A DNA stretch of 64,000 bases, taken from assembly GCA_963730595.1 (NCBI GenBank), contig CAVSSJ010000007.1, forward strand, positions 2,580 to 66,579. The letters run 5' to 3'. Source of the DNA: an uncultured Carnobacteriaceae bacterium. Lineage in GTDB: Bacteria; Bacillota; Bacilli; Lactobacillales; Aerococcaceae. The translations under genes were made by a program, and so were the position numbers. The notes beneath the pieces are model-generated. The model worked only from the letters and a program-made list of their open reading frames with translations. It did no database searches and was not told where the DNA came from. The first letter of the stretch is position 1; each line of letters starts with the position of its first letter. This document shows positions 54,159 through 63,748 of this stretch, piece after piece.

Positions 54159-55568
54159 ATGGGACAATCTTTTGTAAGAGAAATGAGTTCGAAGCATCTG
54201 GTTATGCTTTCATTGGGTGGGGTAATAGGAACCGGGATCTTTTTGAGTTCGGGGTATTTGATTCAAACGACAGGTTCGATCGGAACCATCATCGCGTATT
54301 TGATCGGGGCATTATTGGTGACGCTAGTCATGATGTGCTTGGGCGAATTATCGGTCCATGAACCCAGCACAAGTTCGTTCCACAACTATGCTTCGAAATA
54401 TATCCATCCCGGAGTCGGATTCGTGGTGGCTTGGCTATATTGGTTGACGTGGACAGTTTCATTGGGTTCACAATTCATCACCTTGGCGATTTTGTCGCAG
54501 CGCTGGTTCCCCGGTATTCCGACTTGGATTTGGTGCATCTTTTTCATAGGCATCATTTTATTATCAAACATTATAGACGTGCGTTGGTTTTCCGTAAGCG
54601 AATTTTGGATGTCTTTGATCAAAGTGCTTGCACTGGCAATTTTCCTTATCCTGGGTCTGGGCGGCATTTTTGGATTTTTGCCGATTCAGGGAAGCGAAAC
54701 GGCGCCGCTATTTCATCATTTGACGGAAAATGGTTGGTTCCCGAAAGGAGCAGGCTCTGTTTTCTTGGCGATACTTTCAGCTAACTTCGCTTTTTCAGGT
54801 GCGGAACTGATCGGCGTAGCCGCTGGCGAAACGGCGGATCCTAAGAAAAATATCCCTAAAGCGATCCTGCAGACAATCGTCATTTTGGTGGTCCTTTTCA
54901 TCGGAACTATTATTGTGATTGGTGCGCTGCTTCCGGATGCTGCTGCGAATTTGGATGAAAGTCCGGTGACCTTCATTCTGGGCCAACTAGGGATTCCTTA
55001 TGCCGCCGATATCATGAATGTCGTGCTGATCACCGTGATCCTGTCCGGTGCAAACTCCGGTGTCTATGCCGCATCGAGAATGCTTTGGTCATTGGCCCAT
55101 GCTGGGACGTTGCCGAAACGGTTTGCTAACTTATCAAAGCGCGGGTTGCCGATCTATGGGTTGCTCCTGACCATTCTGGGCGGACTCCTCTCCCTATTTT
55201 CCAGCATTTATTCTGCAGACACCGTTTACCTTGCTCTCGTATCCATCTCGGCATTCGCGGTCGTGGCCGTTTGGTTGAGCATCGCTTGGGCACAACTGAA
55301 TTTCCGGAAACACTATCTGAAATCGGGGCATAAGCTGGCAGAACTGGATTACAAAACACCATTCTATCCAATCGTTCCGTGGCTTGTCATTATCCTTTGT
55401 TCCGTATCGATCATTGGCATCGCTTTTGATCCGAACCAGCGGATTGCCTTGATTATCGGCATCCCATTCACGATTCTATGTTTCTTCTATTACCAATTAG
55501 TCTTCAGCAAAAGAGATTCTGTTGCATTTGAAAATCAAGAAGTAGGTGAGCTTTCAGATGAATTTTAG
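54159..55568 (+). CDS. mmuP: S-methylmethionine permease (APC/AAT family)
   Basis: 'HLVMLSLGGVIGTG', 'NFAFSG-ELIG', 'IAFDPNQRIAL'; paired with mmuM. Confidence 0.85.
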   Translation: MGQSFVREMSSKHLVMLSLGGVIGTGIFLSSGYLIQTTGSIGTIIAYLIGALLVTLVMMCLGELSVHEPSTSSFHNYASKYIHPGVGFVVAWLYWLTWTVSLGSQFITLAILSQRWFPGIPTWIWCIFFIGIILLSNIIDVRWFSVSEFWMSLIKVLALAIFLILGLGGIFGFLPIQGSETAPLFHHLTENGWFPKGAGSVFLAILSANFAFSGAELIGVAAGETADPKKNIPKAILQTIVILVVLFIGTIIVIGALLPDAAANLDESPVTFILGQLGIPYAADIMNVVLITVILSGANSGVYAASRMLWSLAHAGTLPKRFANLSKRGLPIYGLLLTILGGLLSLFSSIYSADTVYLALVSISAFAVVAVWLSIAWAQLNFRKHYLKSGHKLAELDYKTPFYPIVPWLVIILCSVSIIGIAFDPNQRIALIIGIPFTILCFFYYQLVFSKRDSVAFENQEVGELSDEF

Positions 55569-56478
55569 AGATTGGCAAAAGAACCAAAAAGTGATCCTCA
55601 TCGATGGTTCCATGTCCCTAGGTCTGGAGGAACAAGGATTGGACCTGAATGACGAGTTATGGACCGCAAAGGCATTAGTGAACGAACCGGGAAAAATTGA
55701 AAAAGTGCATCAGAGTTATTACGATGCAGGGGCAAACATTGCCATTACCTCGAGCTATCAAGCGACGGTAGTCGGATTTGAGCGGCTAGGTCACACAACC
55801 GAAGAAAGCCGGGCTTTGATCAAAAAAACGGTTCAACTTGCAAAACAGGCGCAAGCGAAAAGCCAAGCCACGCAGGAAAAATGGGTGGCAGCTTCGATCG
55901 GGCCATACGGTGCCTATTTGGCGGACGGTTCCGAATACCGGGGGAATTATGGACTGGCGCAGTCCGAATTGGTTGAATTCCACCGCGAAAGGCTTGAGCT
56001 GTTGCTGGAAGCAGAGCCCAATCTGTTGGCCATCGAAACCATTCCGGATATCACTGAAATCAAGGCCCTGATTGAATTGTTGGCCCAACATCCCAGGGCG
56101 ACAGCCTGGTTGACGGTTACTTTGAAAGACGCGCACCATTTATGTGACGGGACCGATTTGCGCGTTTTCCAGCAACTGGCAGAGTCGTCCGGGCAAATTA
56201 TTGCCTACGGCGTCAATTGCGTGCAGCCTGATCTGGTCTTACCTGTCTTGGAATATCTGAAGGGAAATGCGACCAAGTCATTGGTTGCCTACCCAAATTC
56301 AGGAGCAATCTATGACCCCGCTACAAAAGCTTGGACGCACAGTCATGCAGTGGACGAAGTATTCTCAAACGAAGCATTAAAATGGCACGGACTGGGCTGC
56401 AAATGGATCGGCGGCTGTTGCTGCACATCCTCAAGAGAAATCAAGCTGTTGAAGGAAACATTTGCTGCTGTTCTTTAG
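55558..56478 (+). CDS. mmuM: Homocysteine S-methyltransferase
   Basis: 'SIGPYGAYLADGSEY-G-Y', 'GVNC', 'YPNSG', 'IGGCC'. Confidence 0.95.
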   Translation: MNFRDWQKNQKVILIDGSMSLGLEEQGLDLNDELWTAKALVNEPGKIEKVHQSYYDAGANIAITSSYQATVVGFERLGHTTEESRALIKKTVQLAKQAQAKSQATQEKWVAASIGPYGAYLADGSEYRGNYGLAQSELVEFHRERLELLLEAEPNLLAIETIPDITEIKALIELLAQHPRATAWLTVTLKDAHHLCDGTDLRVFQQLAESSGQIIAYGVNCVQPDLVLPVLEYLKGNATKSLVAYPNSGAIYDPATKAWTHSHAVDEVFSNEALKWHGLGCKWIGGCCCTSSREIKLLKETFAAVL

Positions 56479-56514
56479 ATAAAATCATCCGGCTGACCGG
56501 AATAAGCACAACAA

Positions 56515-56565
56515 AATAAACCCATCATCCTCTATTTTTCGTAAAGGATGATGGGTTTATTTTGT
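56515..56565 (+). terminator. Intrinsic terminator
   Basis: aataaacccatcatcct...aggatgatgggtttatt. Confidence 0.88.
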
Positions 56566-56585
56566 TTTTAAGTTTTGTTTATATC

Positions 56586-56766
56586 GGTTCTCCGGTTAAA
56601 GTCGTTTGGTCGGAGGACAGCATAGCAAAAATGCATGAATCTCCGGGGAGAGCTGTTTGCCAGGAGTAACGCGAACTTAAACCGACTCGATCTCCGACGA
56701 CAACTGTTTCATCGGAGATCAGCAGCTCAAACAGGGTCGGTCCTCCAAACAGGGTCGGTCCTCCAA
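56586..56766 (+). repeat. 51-bp-period array E (about 4 units, most degenerate) ending in an 18-bp tandem duplication
   Basis: Unit starts 56586, 56637, 56688, 56739; caaacagggtcggtcctc twice at 56728-56763. Confidence 0.82.
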
Positions 56767-56928
56767 CCAGGATTGCTATATACGAACCATCCAACGGCTT
56801 AATGTATCTGCACTTTCTCCTTCAGATTTTTTCTCTTGGAATGCCGCTTTCTGTTACTGCCTACCCGACACTGCGTTCATTAGCTCCGCCATGTGGCTGT
56901 TCATATAACTAAGGTATTCAGGTTCTGA

Positions 56929-57852
56929 TTATCGAATAATGTAGACTTCGCCAAGGATTTCCTTCAGGCGGTAACTTTCCGGGGAAAGCTCTTTTTCAAT
57001 AAAAGTCTGAACAGTCGAAGGTTCAACACCGTACAGCACTTCGATTTCTTTTGAAAACAGCAATTTCTCTTTGTCGAGTATATCGGAAAGAGGAGGCACT
57101 TGTTTTGGTTGCAGTTCGTTCGCATTTAGGACTTGTTGTAAGCCTTCAACATAAGATTCCAACGGACGGCCACCGACGATTTTTATGCCTCTGTTTTCTT
57201 CGTTGATCATGACAATAGTAGGGAACGCACGAGCACCTAAATTTCTGGTCAGCTCGAAATCCGCATTCAATAACTGCATGCCGGCTTGTTGTTCAGATGC
57301 ATTTACGATGCTCTCCCCATCCAGGCCAAGCTCGTTTACGATTTTCATCAATTCGAATTTATCAGAAATGTTTCGATTGAATACGAACAATGCTTCTCGT
57401 GAACGACGCAAAAATTCAAAAGCCTTTGCTTCATTATAATTTTGCTGAATGATCTTGAACACACGAGAAGGCGGAAAGGAGGATTGAACGGGATTATCAA
57501 TCATCAAAGAACCGTCGATAGGCATCCTTGAATGTTCGCCGACTTCCCGCCAATGGCCCGCGACATCGGCCGGTTTGTATATGCCGTTTGCAGGGTCGAT
57601 TGGTCCATCGTGCCATTTTTCCAGCAAGCCACCCATCACAGTCCGGAAATTGAAGTATTCCCCATACTGTTCAATGAAACGGCGCAGGACAGGCTCGAGC
57701 GCCCAGCAATGGGAGCAGATGGGATCCGTCACATAGTAAAGAGTGATTGCTTTTTTGGGCTGCGTAAAAGTGATCAATTCCATTTCATCATTATCAGTAC
57801 TCCCGCAGACGCCTGTTGCTAAGTCGCATGCCATATTATTGTTGTTTCCCAA
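56929..57852 (-). CDS. DsbA-family thioredoxin-fold protein (YjbH/SpxH-like)
   Basis: 'TDPICSHCW', 'SRMPIDG', 'FPT'. Confidence 0.85.
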   Translation of the reverse strand: MGNNNNMACDLATGVCGSTDNDEMELITFTQPKKAITLYYVTDPICSHCWALEPVLRRFIEQYGEYFNFRTVMGGLLEKWHDGPIDPANGIYKPADVAGHWREVGEHSRMPIDGSLMIDNPVQSSFPPSRVFKIIQQNYNEAKAFEFLRRSREALFVFNRNISDKFELMKIVNELGLDGESIVNASEQQAGMQLLNADFELTRNLGARAFPTIVMINEENRGIKIVGGRPLESYVEGLQQVLNANELQPKQVPPLSDILDKEKLLFSKEIEVLYGVEPSTVQTFIEKELSPESYRLKEILGEVYIIR

Positions 57853-58071
57853 TTTAATTTCCCCTTATTCATGATTCTTATTTTTAAAAAGTGATTAAGC
57901 AATTATTTTCCACTTCAAAAAATTTCTTTGTTTCATCAAACATGATTCAAAAGATTTGCTTTACAAGTGGATTATAAGCCATAATGAAATGCACCGACAC
58001 CGATAGTTCTTTGGATTTGTCGGTTATACGACATATTGATGAATCTGTCTAAAAAGTAGGAGGGGTAAGAA

Positions 58072-58641
58072 GTGGATCAGCCAAAGATAGATCCCCGTGT
58101 ACTGCGCACGCGTAAATTGGTCATGGATGCTTTTATCAAACTTTCAGAAACAAAAGAATTCAGCGATATCACTGTGAAAAATATTACGGAAGAAGCAATG
58201 ATCAATCGAGCTACTTTCTATTACCACTTCCAAGATATCTACGACTTACTCGAAAAGGTCTTATCGGAAGTATTGCTGGTCAATCTGAATTATGAGGTTT
58301 ACAAGGATAGGGAGTTGGATGAAGAGACTCTGATTCAGATCTTTTCGACGATCACCGAATTCCAAAAATCATTGTCCACGCGCTGTTACAGAGGGTACGA
58401 AGACACCATAGCGCGTATAATAAGGGACCAATTAGAAGTGATTTTACACAAGATGTTGTTGAGAAAAGCAGACAGCAAAGAAACGGAAACCCTTAAAACC
58501 ATAGCTGCCATATTAGGCTGGGGAATCTATGGTGCTTCGGTAGAATGGCGAAAAAGTGGGATGAATGCATCACCGGAAGAATTCTTCAGGCCATCCATTC
58601 CGTACATCCTATACGGGATCGCTTTCCGGCCCGAAATCTAA
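58072..58641 (+). CDS. TetR/AcrR family regulator
   Basis: 'DPRVLRTR', 'INRATFYYHF-D'; divergent from DsbA gene. Confidence 0.92.
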   Translation: MDQPKIDPRVLRTRKLVMDAFIKLSETKEFSDITVKNITEEAMINRATFYYHFQDIYDLLEKVLSEVLLVNLNYEVYKDRELDEETLIQIFSTITEFQKSLSTRCYRGYEDTIARIIRDQLEVILHKMLLRKADSKETETLKTIAAILGWGIYGASVEWRKSGMNASPEEFFRPSIPYILYGIAFRPEI

Positions 58642-58757
58642 AAACCGAGAAATGCTGTGGCAGAAAATCCGATCCTGATCAAGCCTATCCCCTTGCAAAT
58701 TTTCCGTTTTGCGCATACAATGATAGCGATTACAACATTCTCGAAAGGGCGGATTAT

Positions 58758-59258
58758 ATGACTCAAACAGTGTATACCAACTATTGGCAGAATCGGATCG
58801 GCAACATTCGGAAGGAACACGGCAGCTACAAAAGTGAAGAAGAGGCGATTGCGGGAATCAAAGCCTGGTGGGAACTGCATAAGGAAAATCATCGGAATGT
58901 AAAGTATAACCGCACCAACAGCGGAGCCTTGGAAGTCGAATACGACGACAACAACTATGTCTATCGGATAGAGAAGCGCACAATCGAAGGTGCCTTGCCC
59001 AAACGAAGTTACCGAGTAAAGAAAGCCGGAGAAGTGGAATCGCTGCGTGCGAAATACAATCTGAACAAAGAATCGTTCCTGTTCGATGAATTGCCTGAAC
59101 CAATACGCGACAGGCTCATCCTTGCGATGGCGGACATCAAGAAAGCCCGAAGCCATGTCTATGACCGCGAAGGGCGTCTGATCCGCGGACTGGAAGATAA
59201 AATCCGGGTGGATAATAGCTCCCAGTTCAGAAACAACATCCCTAATTTGAATATCTGA
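58758..59258 (+). CDS. Conserved hypothetical protein
   Basis: AAAGGG RBS, host-like codon use, own terminator at 59264-59309. Confidence 0.7.
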   Translation: MTQTVYTNYWQNRIGNIRKEHGSYKSEEEAIAGIKAWWELHKENHRNVKYNRTNSGALEVEYDDNNYVYRIEKRTIEGALPKRSYRVKKAGEVESLRAKYNLNKESFLFDELPEPIRDRLILAMADIKKARSHVYDREGRLIRGLEDKIRVDNSSQFRNNIPNLNI

Positions 59259-59599
59259 ATGCTAACAAGCACAAACGCTGATTCAAAAGCGTTTGTGCTT
59301 GTTTTTTTCGTCAATAAATGCCAAGTCAAGCCCATTATGTGGACCGCAGTAGTAATACACCCGCTTATCTGAATCCCACATTAAATCCCTTCAGAATCTC
59401 TAAAGTTTCTACCGTCTGTTTCCTTCCGGAGGTCAAAGCGGATTGGATGATGATGTCTGCTTTAAGTGATGTACTCTGAAGCTTATTTTTTTGTAGTGAA
59501 GGTTCAAATTATACTATTAGATTTCCAAGAATTGTGAGAAGTACTAGAATTTTATTGTTCTTGCATATTTACTTAAAGCTGCTATCCTAAAATTTAGAG

Positions 59600-60358
59600 G
59601 TGAAGCAGATGATATACAATGATAATAGTGATAGATTTCAACATTGGCTTCGGAAAAGAGGACTTTCTCAAAGCTCAGTAAGCAAATACGCTACTCAATC
59701 ACACAATAGAATTTTAAAGGATTTGGGTGTCAGCTTTTATGAGCTTGTTTCAGTAGAAGAATTGAATCAGTTATTGTTAGACGTTCGAGAATTGGAAAAA
59801 CTGATGGAAAAAGATCCGAGAAGAATGTATTCATCTGCTGTCAGCAATTACATAAAATTTCAATCCGAAACAGCAGATTTTGCAAATACCATTGAAGATA
59901 AAAGCTATGAGTTCAGGGTGGAAGAAACTTTAGGTAGTTTGGCAAGCAAGCCTGAATTTAATAATTCCCCTTGGCCACGAGCAAAACTTATTGAAGGTAG
60001 CACAAGTTGTTATGCGAGAGATGCAAAGGTCGGGGCTGATGCCATTTCATTATCAAATTATGAATGTCAGATTAATTCCTTCCACAAATTCTTTATTTCC
60101 AGAAGAACTCACAAAAACTATGTAGAAGCACATCATTTAATTCCGATTGCTTATCAAGGGATCTTTGAATATGGAATTGATGAAGTTGAAAACATAGCGC
60201 GTCTTTGTCCTGTATGTCATAGTTGTATTCATTATGGTGTAAATCACGAACGCGTGCACCTCATTGATCATCTGTACAAGAACTTTCAAAAAAAGTTGTA
60301 TACAATCGGGATTGAAATCCAAAAAAATGAGCTCCTGGACCTATACTTGGCAAAATAA
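59600..60358 (+). CDS. HNH endonuclease (McrA-like) with helical N-terminal domain
   Basis: 'C..N..H..F', 'YVEAHHLIP', 'N..RLCPVCH..IHYG'; visibly AT-rich. Confidence 0.85.
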   Translation: MKQMIYNDNSDRFQHWLRKRGLSQSSVSKYATQSHNRILKDLGVSFYELVSVEELNQLLLDVRELEKLMEKDPRRMYSSAVSNYIKFQSETADFANTIEDKSYEFRVEETLGSLASKPEFNNSPWPRAKLIEGSTSCYARDAKVGADAISLSNYECQINSFHKFFISRRTHKNYVEAHHLIPIAYQGIFEYGIDEVENIARLCPVCHSCIHYGVNHERVHLIDHLYKNFQKKLYTIGIEIQKNELLDLYLAK

Positions 60359-60501
60359 AAAGAGAAACTTTATGATAGCGATAATCTTGGCTATAATAAA
60401 TCGGAATCCGCACTTCATCGATTTTCCCTATAAAAATATCTAGTAAACATTTCTATTAAATTGTATGATTGTTATAACATCAAAGATAAGGAGGTACTGG
60501 T

Positions 60502-62269
60502 ATGGGAGATATTTCCGCCCCGATAATCTACGAGCTGGACTACAGCAGTGAGGGTATCAAAAATTTTGATTCGAACGTCCAAGAACATGTCGGAAAGGAT
60601 GCGAAATACCTTTTGCATTATCCGACGGTCTATATCGTGAATGACGAGAACAAAGAGAAGCAGTTTTCGGTTTACATCGGGGAAACGTCCGACATCAAGA
60701 AGAGGACCATGCAGCATTTGACGATCGATCCGAAATCGAGGGCCGATTGGGAGAATCTGGCCATTTCGAATTCATCGAAGATGTATGTGATCGGCGATGA
60801 CCATTTCAACAAATCTTTGACATTGGATATCGAAAAACAGGCTGATGCTGTACATGTCCAGCATCGAAAATATCGAGGCCATCTACAACCGCCGGACCAA
60901 TCAGCAGAATGACTATTACACCTCGCGCGAGCTGGATAAGATCTTCTCTATGGTATGGAGAGGGTTGCGGAAGAAAAACAAAGATTTGTTCCCGGTGGAG
61001 CAGATCATCAGGGATTCTGCCCTATTCAAGGCTTCACCTTTCCATAAGCTGACTGAGGAACAGATCCGCACGAAGGATTTCATCGTTCTGCGCATCATGG
61101 AAGCTCTGACGAGAGGGCAAACGGGGCAGCTGATACTCGTAACCGGCGAAGCGGGATCGGGTAAAACGGTCCTGATGAGCAGCCTATTCTATGAATTAAA
61201 CCAATTATCCAAAGATGATCCGGAGAATATGATTTTTAAGGATACGAAGAATTTTCTCTTGGTGAATCATGAGCAACAGTTGAAGGTCTATCAGCAGATT
61301 GCGACCAAACTGGGCATTTACAGCAAGAAGCAAACCGATAGCGTTTCGAAACCGACTCCGTTCATCAACAACCACGCACCAGAGGAGAAAGTGGATGTAG
61401 TGATCGTCGACGAGGCCCACTTGCTTTGGACACAAGGGAAGCAGTCCTACCAAGGGAAGAATCAACTGTACGATTTGTTGGAACGCGCAAAAGTTGTGGT
61501 GGCGGTGTTCGATCAGAACCAGGTACTATCGACGCAGCAGTATTGGGAATACGAGGAACTCATGAGTCTTCAGCATGACGCCCAATTGAACGGCAACATG
61601 ATGTATTTGTCGAATCAGATGCGCATCAATTCCGATCCGGCAACGGTGGATTGGATCCGTTCTCTGATTGATAAGCAGGAAGTCGGGGAAATTCCTGCTG
61701 ATTCAAAAAACTACGACATCAGGATTTTCGACAGCCCGGAAGAAATGCATGCAGCCATCAAAGCAAAGGCGCAGAGTCAGGATTCGGGCATTTCAAGGCT
61801 GACGGCGACCTTTGACTGGGATTATGTCGATCAGAGGAAGCCTGAAGGTGAAGATTATTGGTACGTAAGCATCGGCGATTGGAAATTACCATGGAATCTG
61901 CAGTTGCCTGTCGCTTCGAAGGCGCAGTCAATCAAAAACAGACACCTTTCATGGGCAGAACAGGAGCAGACCGTCGACGAAGTCGGTTCCACCTTTACTG
62001 TCCAAGGCTTCGACCTGAACTATGCGGGCGTCATCATCGGCCCATCCGTAAAATACCGGAACGGCAAAGTCATCTTCGATCGTCAAGCGAGTAAAAATAA
62101 AAAAGCCACCCAAAAGAGAAGCCTGAAGGACGGCAGCAAGGAATATTTTTCCGATACGCTGCTGAAGAACGAGCTGAACGTCCTCCTGACAAGAGGCGTC
62201 AACGGCTTATACATCTATGCGGTGGATGAAGAACTGCAAAAAGCATTACTGGATGCCAGGAAGGGATGA
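60502..62269 (+). CDS. GIY-YIG nuclease fused to DUF2075 (Schlafen group-3-like) ATPase/helicase; frameshift near 60835
   Basis: 'PTVYIV...VYIGET...R...H', 'FNKS-TLDIE', Walker A 'GEAGSGKT', 'VDEAH', 'QMR', 'QGFDLNY', 'VLLTRG'. Confidence 0.88.
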
Positions 62270-62606
62270 ATAAGATGAACACAATGGACAAAATCAATAA
62301 ATTCCGGGATGACCGGGACTGGCGCCAATTCCATAACGAGAAGGACCTTGCCATCTCGATTTCGTTGGAGGCCGCAGAACTCCTTGAACTCTTCCAGTGG
62401 AAATCCCCAGAGGAAGTCAGGGAGACTAGCATCGAACGGATCGAGAAGAGGAGCTTGCCGATGTGCTGATCTATTCCCACATGCTGGCAAGCAATCTGGA
62501 CTTGGATATCGATGAAATCATCGAGGCAAAGCTGGAGAAGAACAATATCAAGTATCCGGTGGATAAAAGCAAAGGGAATAAGGAGAAGTATACGGAATTG
62601 TCATAA
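62266..62606 (+). CDS. MazG-like nucleotide pyrophosphohydrolase; frameshift near 62443
   Basis: 'FRDDRDWRQFH..KDLAISISLEAAELLELFQW' joined to 'EELADVLIY...K...N..KYP'; ATGA overlap with the DUF2075 stop. Confidence 0.88.
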
Positions 62607-62636
62607 CACCCTGAATTATAAAAAAGGAGTTTTATC

Positions 62637-62907
62637 ATGGCTATCACACGTTGGAAAAGAAGCACCATGGCAATGGGTGGTCCGTTGAAGAGGATGCGTT
62701 GGCGTTTCTGACCGATGCTGGACTTGTGGGGCGCTTGACCATGGCGCAGCAAGGACGTTGGCCGGTGAGTCGAATGAAGCCGAGTTGGAGCACAAAATCG
62801 GGGAATGCATGTGGTGGTTGATGGTGCTGGCGGACCGGGTGGGCATCGACAGTGAGGAAGCACTGGCTACTTTCTTGAGCACGACCGAGATGCGGTTTGA
62901 GCTCTAG
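62637..62907 (+). pseudogene. Second MazG-like gene, N-terminally truncated and frameshifted
   Basis: Frames give 'YHTLEKKHHGNGWSVEEDALAFLTDAGLVGRLTMAQQGRWP' and 'ELEHKIGECMWWLMVLADRVGID'; the ATG after AAGGAG is out of frame. Confidence 0.6.
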
Positions 62908-62990
62908 GAGCAATGAATTGCTGAATGCATGAATATTTGAATAGGGACTTAAGAATAACGAGAGGTTGTTAGTTATTTCCCTCATCTCTG

Positions 62991-63048
62991 CACCAAAAAC
63001 AGCAGCAAGGAAACCACGACGATGGCTTCCTTGCTGCTGTTTTTGGTG
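62991..63048. terminator. Long perfect inverted repeat (22-bp stem)
   Basis: caccaaaaacagcagcaaggaa...ttccttgctgctgtttttggtg. Confidence 0.7.
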
Positions 63049-63122
63049 TGTTCTTTTTTGGATGCATGCAAAAATCGTTTAAAAGAGCGTTGCAGAATAA
63101 ATATCAATGGGTTATTATGTTT

Positions 63123-63153
63123 TTGTAAACCTGATATAAAATATGGGTAACAA
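63123..63153. promoter_or_regulatory. BirA operator-like site
   Basis: ttgtaaacc-N13-gggtaacaa directly upstream of bioY. Confidence 0.65.
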
Positions 63154-63184
63154 TAGAAGTGGTTAATACAGGAGGAGTTTAGTG

Positions 63185-63730
63185 ATGAAGACAAAAGTTT
63201 TGACTAGGGTAACAATGATGGTGGCTTTGATGATTGTGTCGGGGGTATTGACGATTCCGTTGCCCGGTTTACCGGTTCCAATCGTCCTGCAAAATATGAC
63301 AATGATGCTAGCGGGCGGGCTGCTGGGCAAGAAATACGGCCCTCTTGCTGTGAGCGTTTTTCTTCTGATGATAGCGGTAGGTTTTCCGGTCTTATCAGGC
63401 GGACGGGGCGGTATTGCAGTGTTCGCCAGCGCAAGCGGCGGATTTTTGCTTGGGTATGTATTAGCCCCACTTGTGATCGGCTACCTGCTTGAGAAGAATT
63501 GGGAGAAACTTACTTTTGCCAAAGCCGTTCTCATTTTTATCGTCGGAGGGACTTTATTGATTGATTTTTGCGGCAGTTTTTCGATGGCGTATTACATGGG
63601 TAACTCTTGGTTAAATGGATTGAAAATGACGTTGGCCTTTGTTCCTCTGGATACGGTTAAAGCGATTTTAGCCGCTTGGATTACCTTGCGCATTAAGCGC
63701 TACAGTCTGATTTCGTTAAAATTAGCGTAA
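63185..63730 (+). CDS. bioY: Biotin ECF transporter S component
   Basis: 'PVPIVLQ', 'G-PV-SGGRGG', 'GGFLLGY'. Confidence 0.92.
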   Translation: MKTKVLTRVTMMVALMIVSGVLTIPLPGLPVPIVLQNMTMMLAGGLLGKKYGPLAVSVFLLMIAVGFPVLSGGRGGIAVFASASGGFLLGYVLAPLVIGYLLEKNWEKLTFAKAVLIFIVGGTLLIDFCGSFSMAYYMGNSWLNGLKMTLAFVPLDTVKAILAAWITLRIKRYSLISLKLA

Positions 63731-63748
63731 ATGAATTAGGCAGGTGCG

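Noticed and set aside
40071-56766. 51-bp arrays as CRISPR arrays
   Set aside because: The repeats are highly degenerate, the spacers are only about 20 bp and are shared between loci, and there is no cas gene or clear leader in the window.
59330-59480. Possible third repeat family (shares a ccttcaga word with 56816-56830)
   Set aside because: The similarity is too short to support from this window alone.
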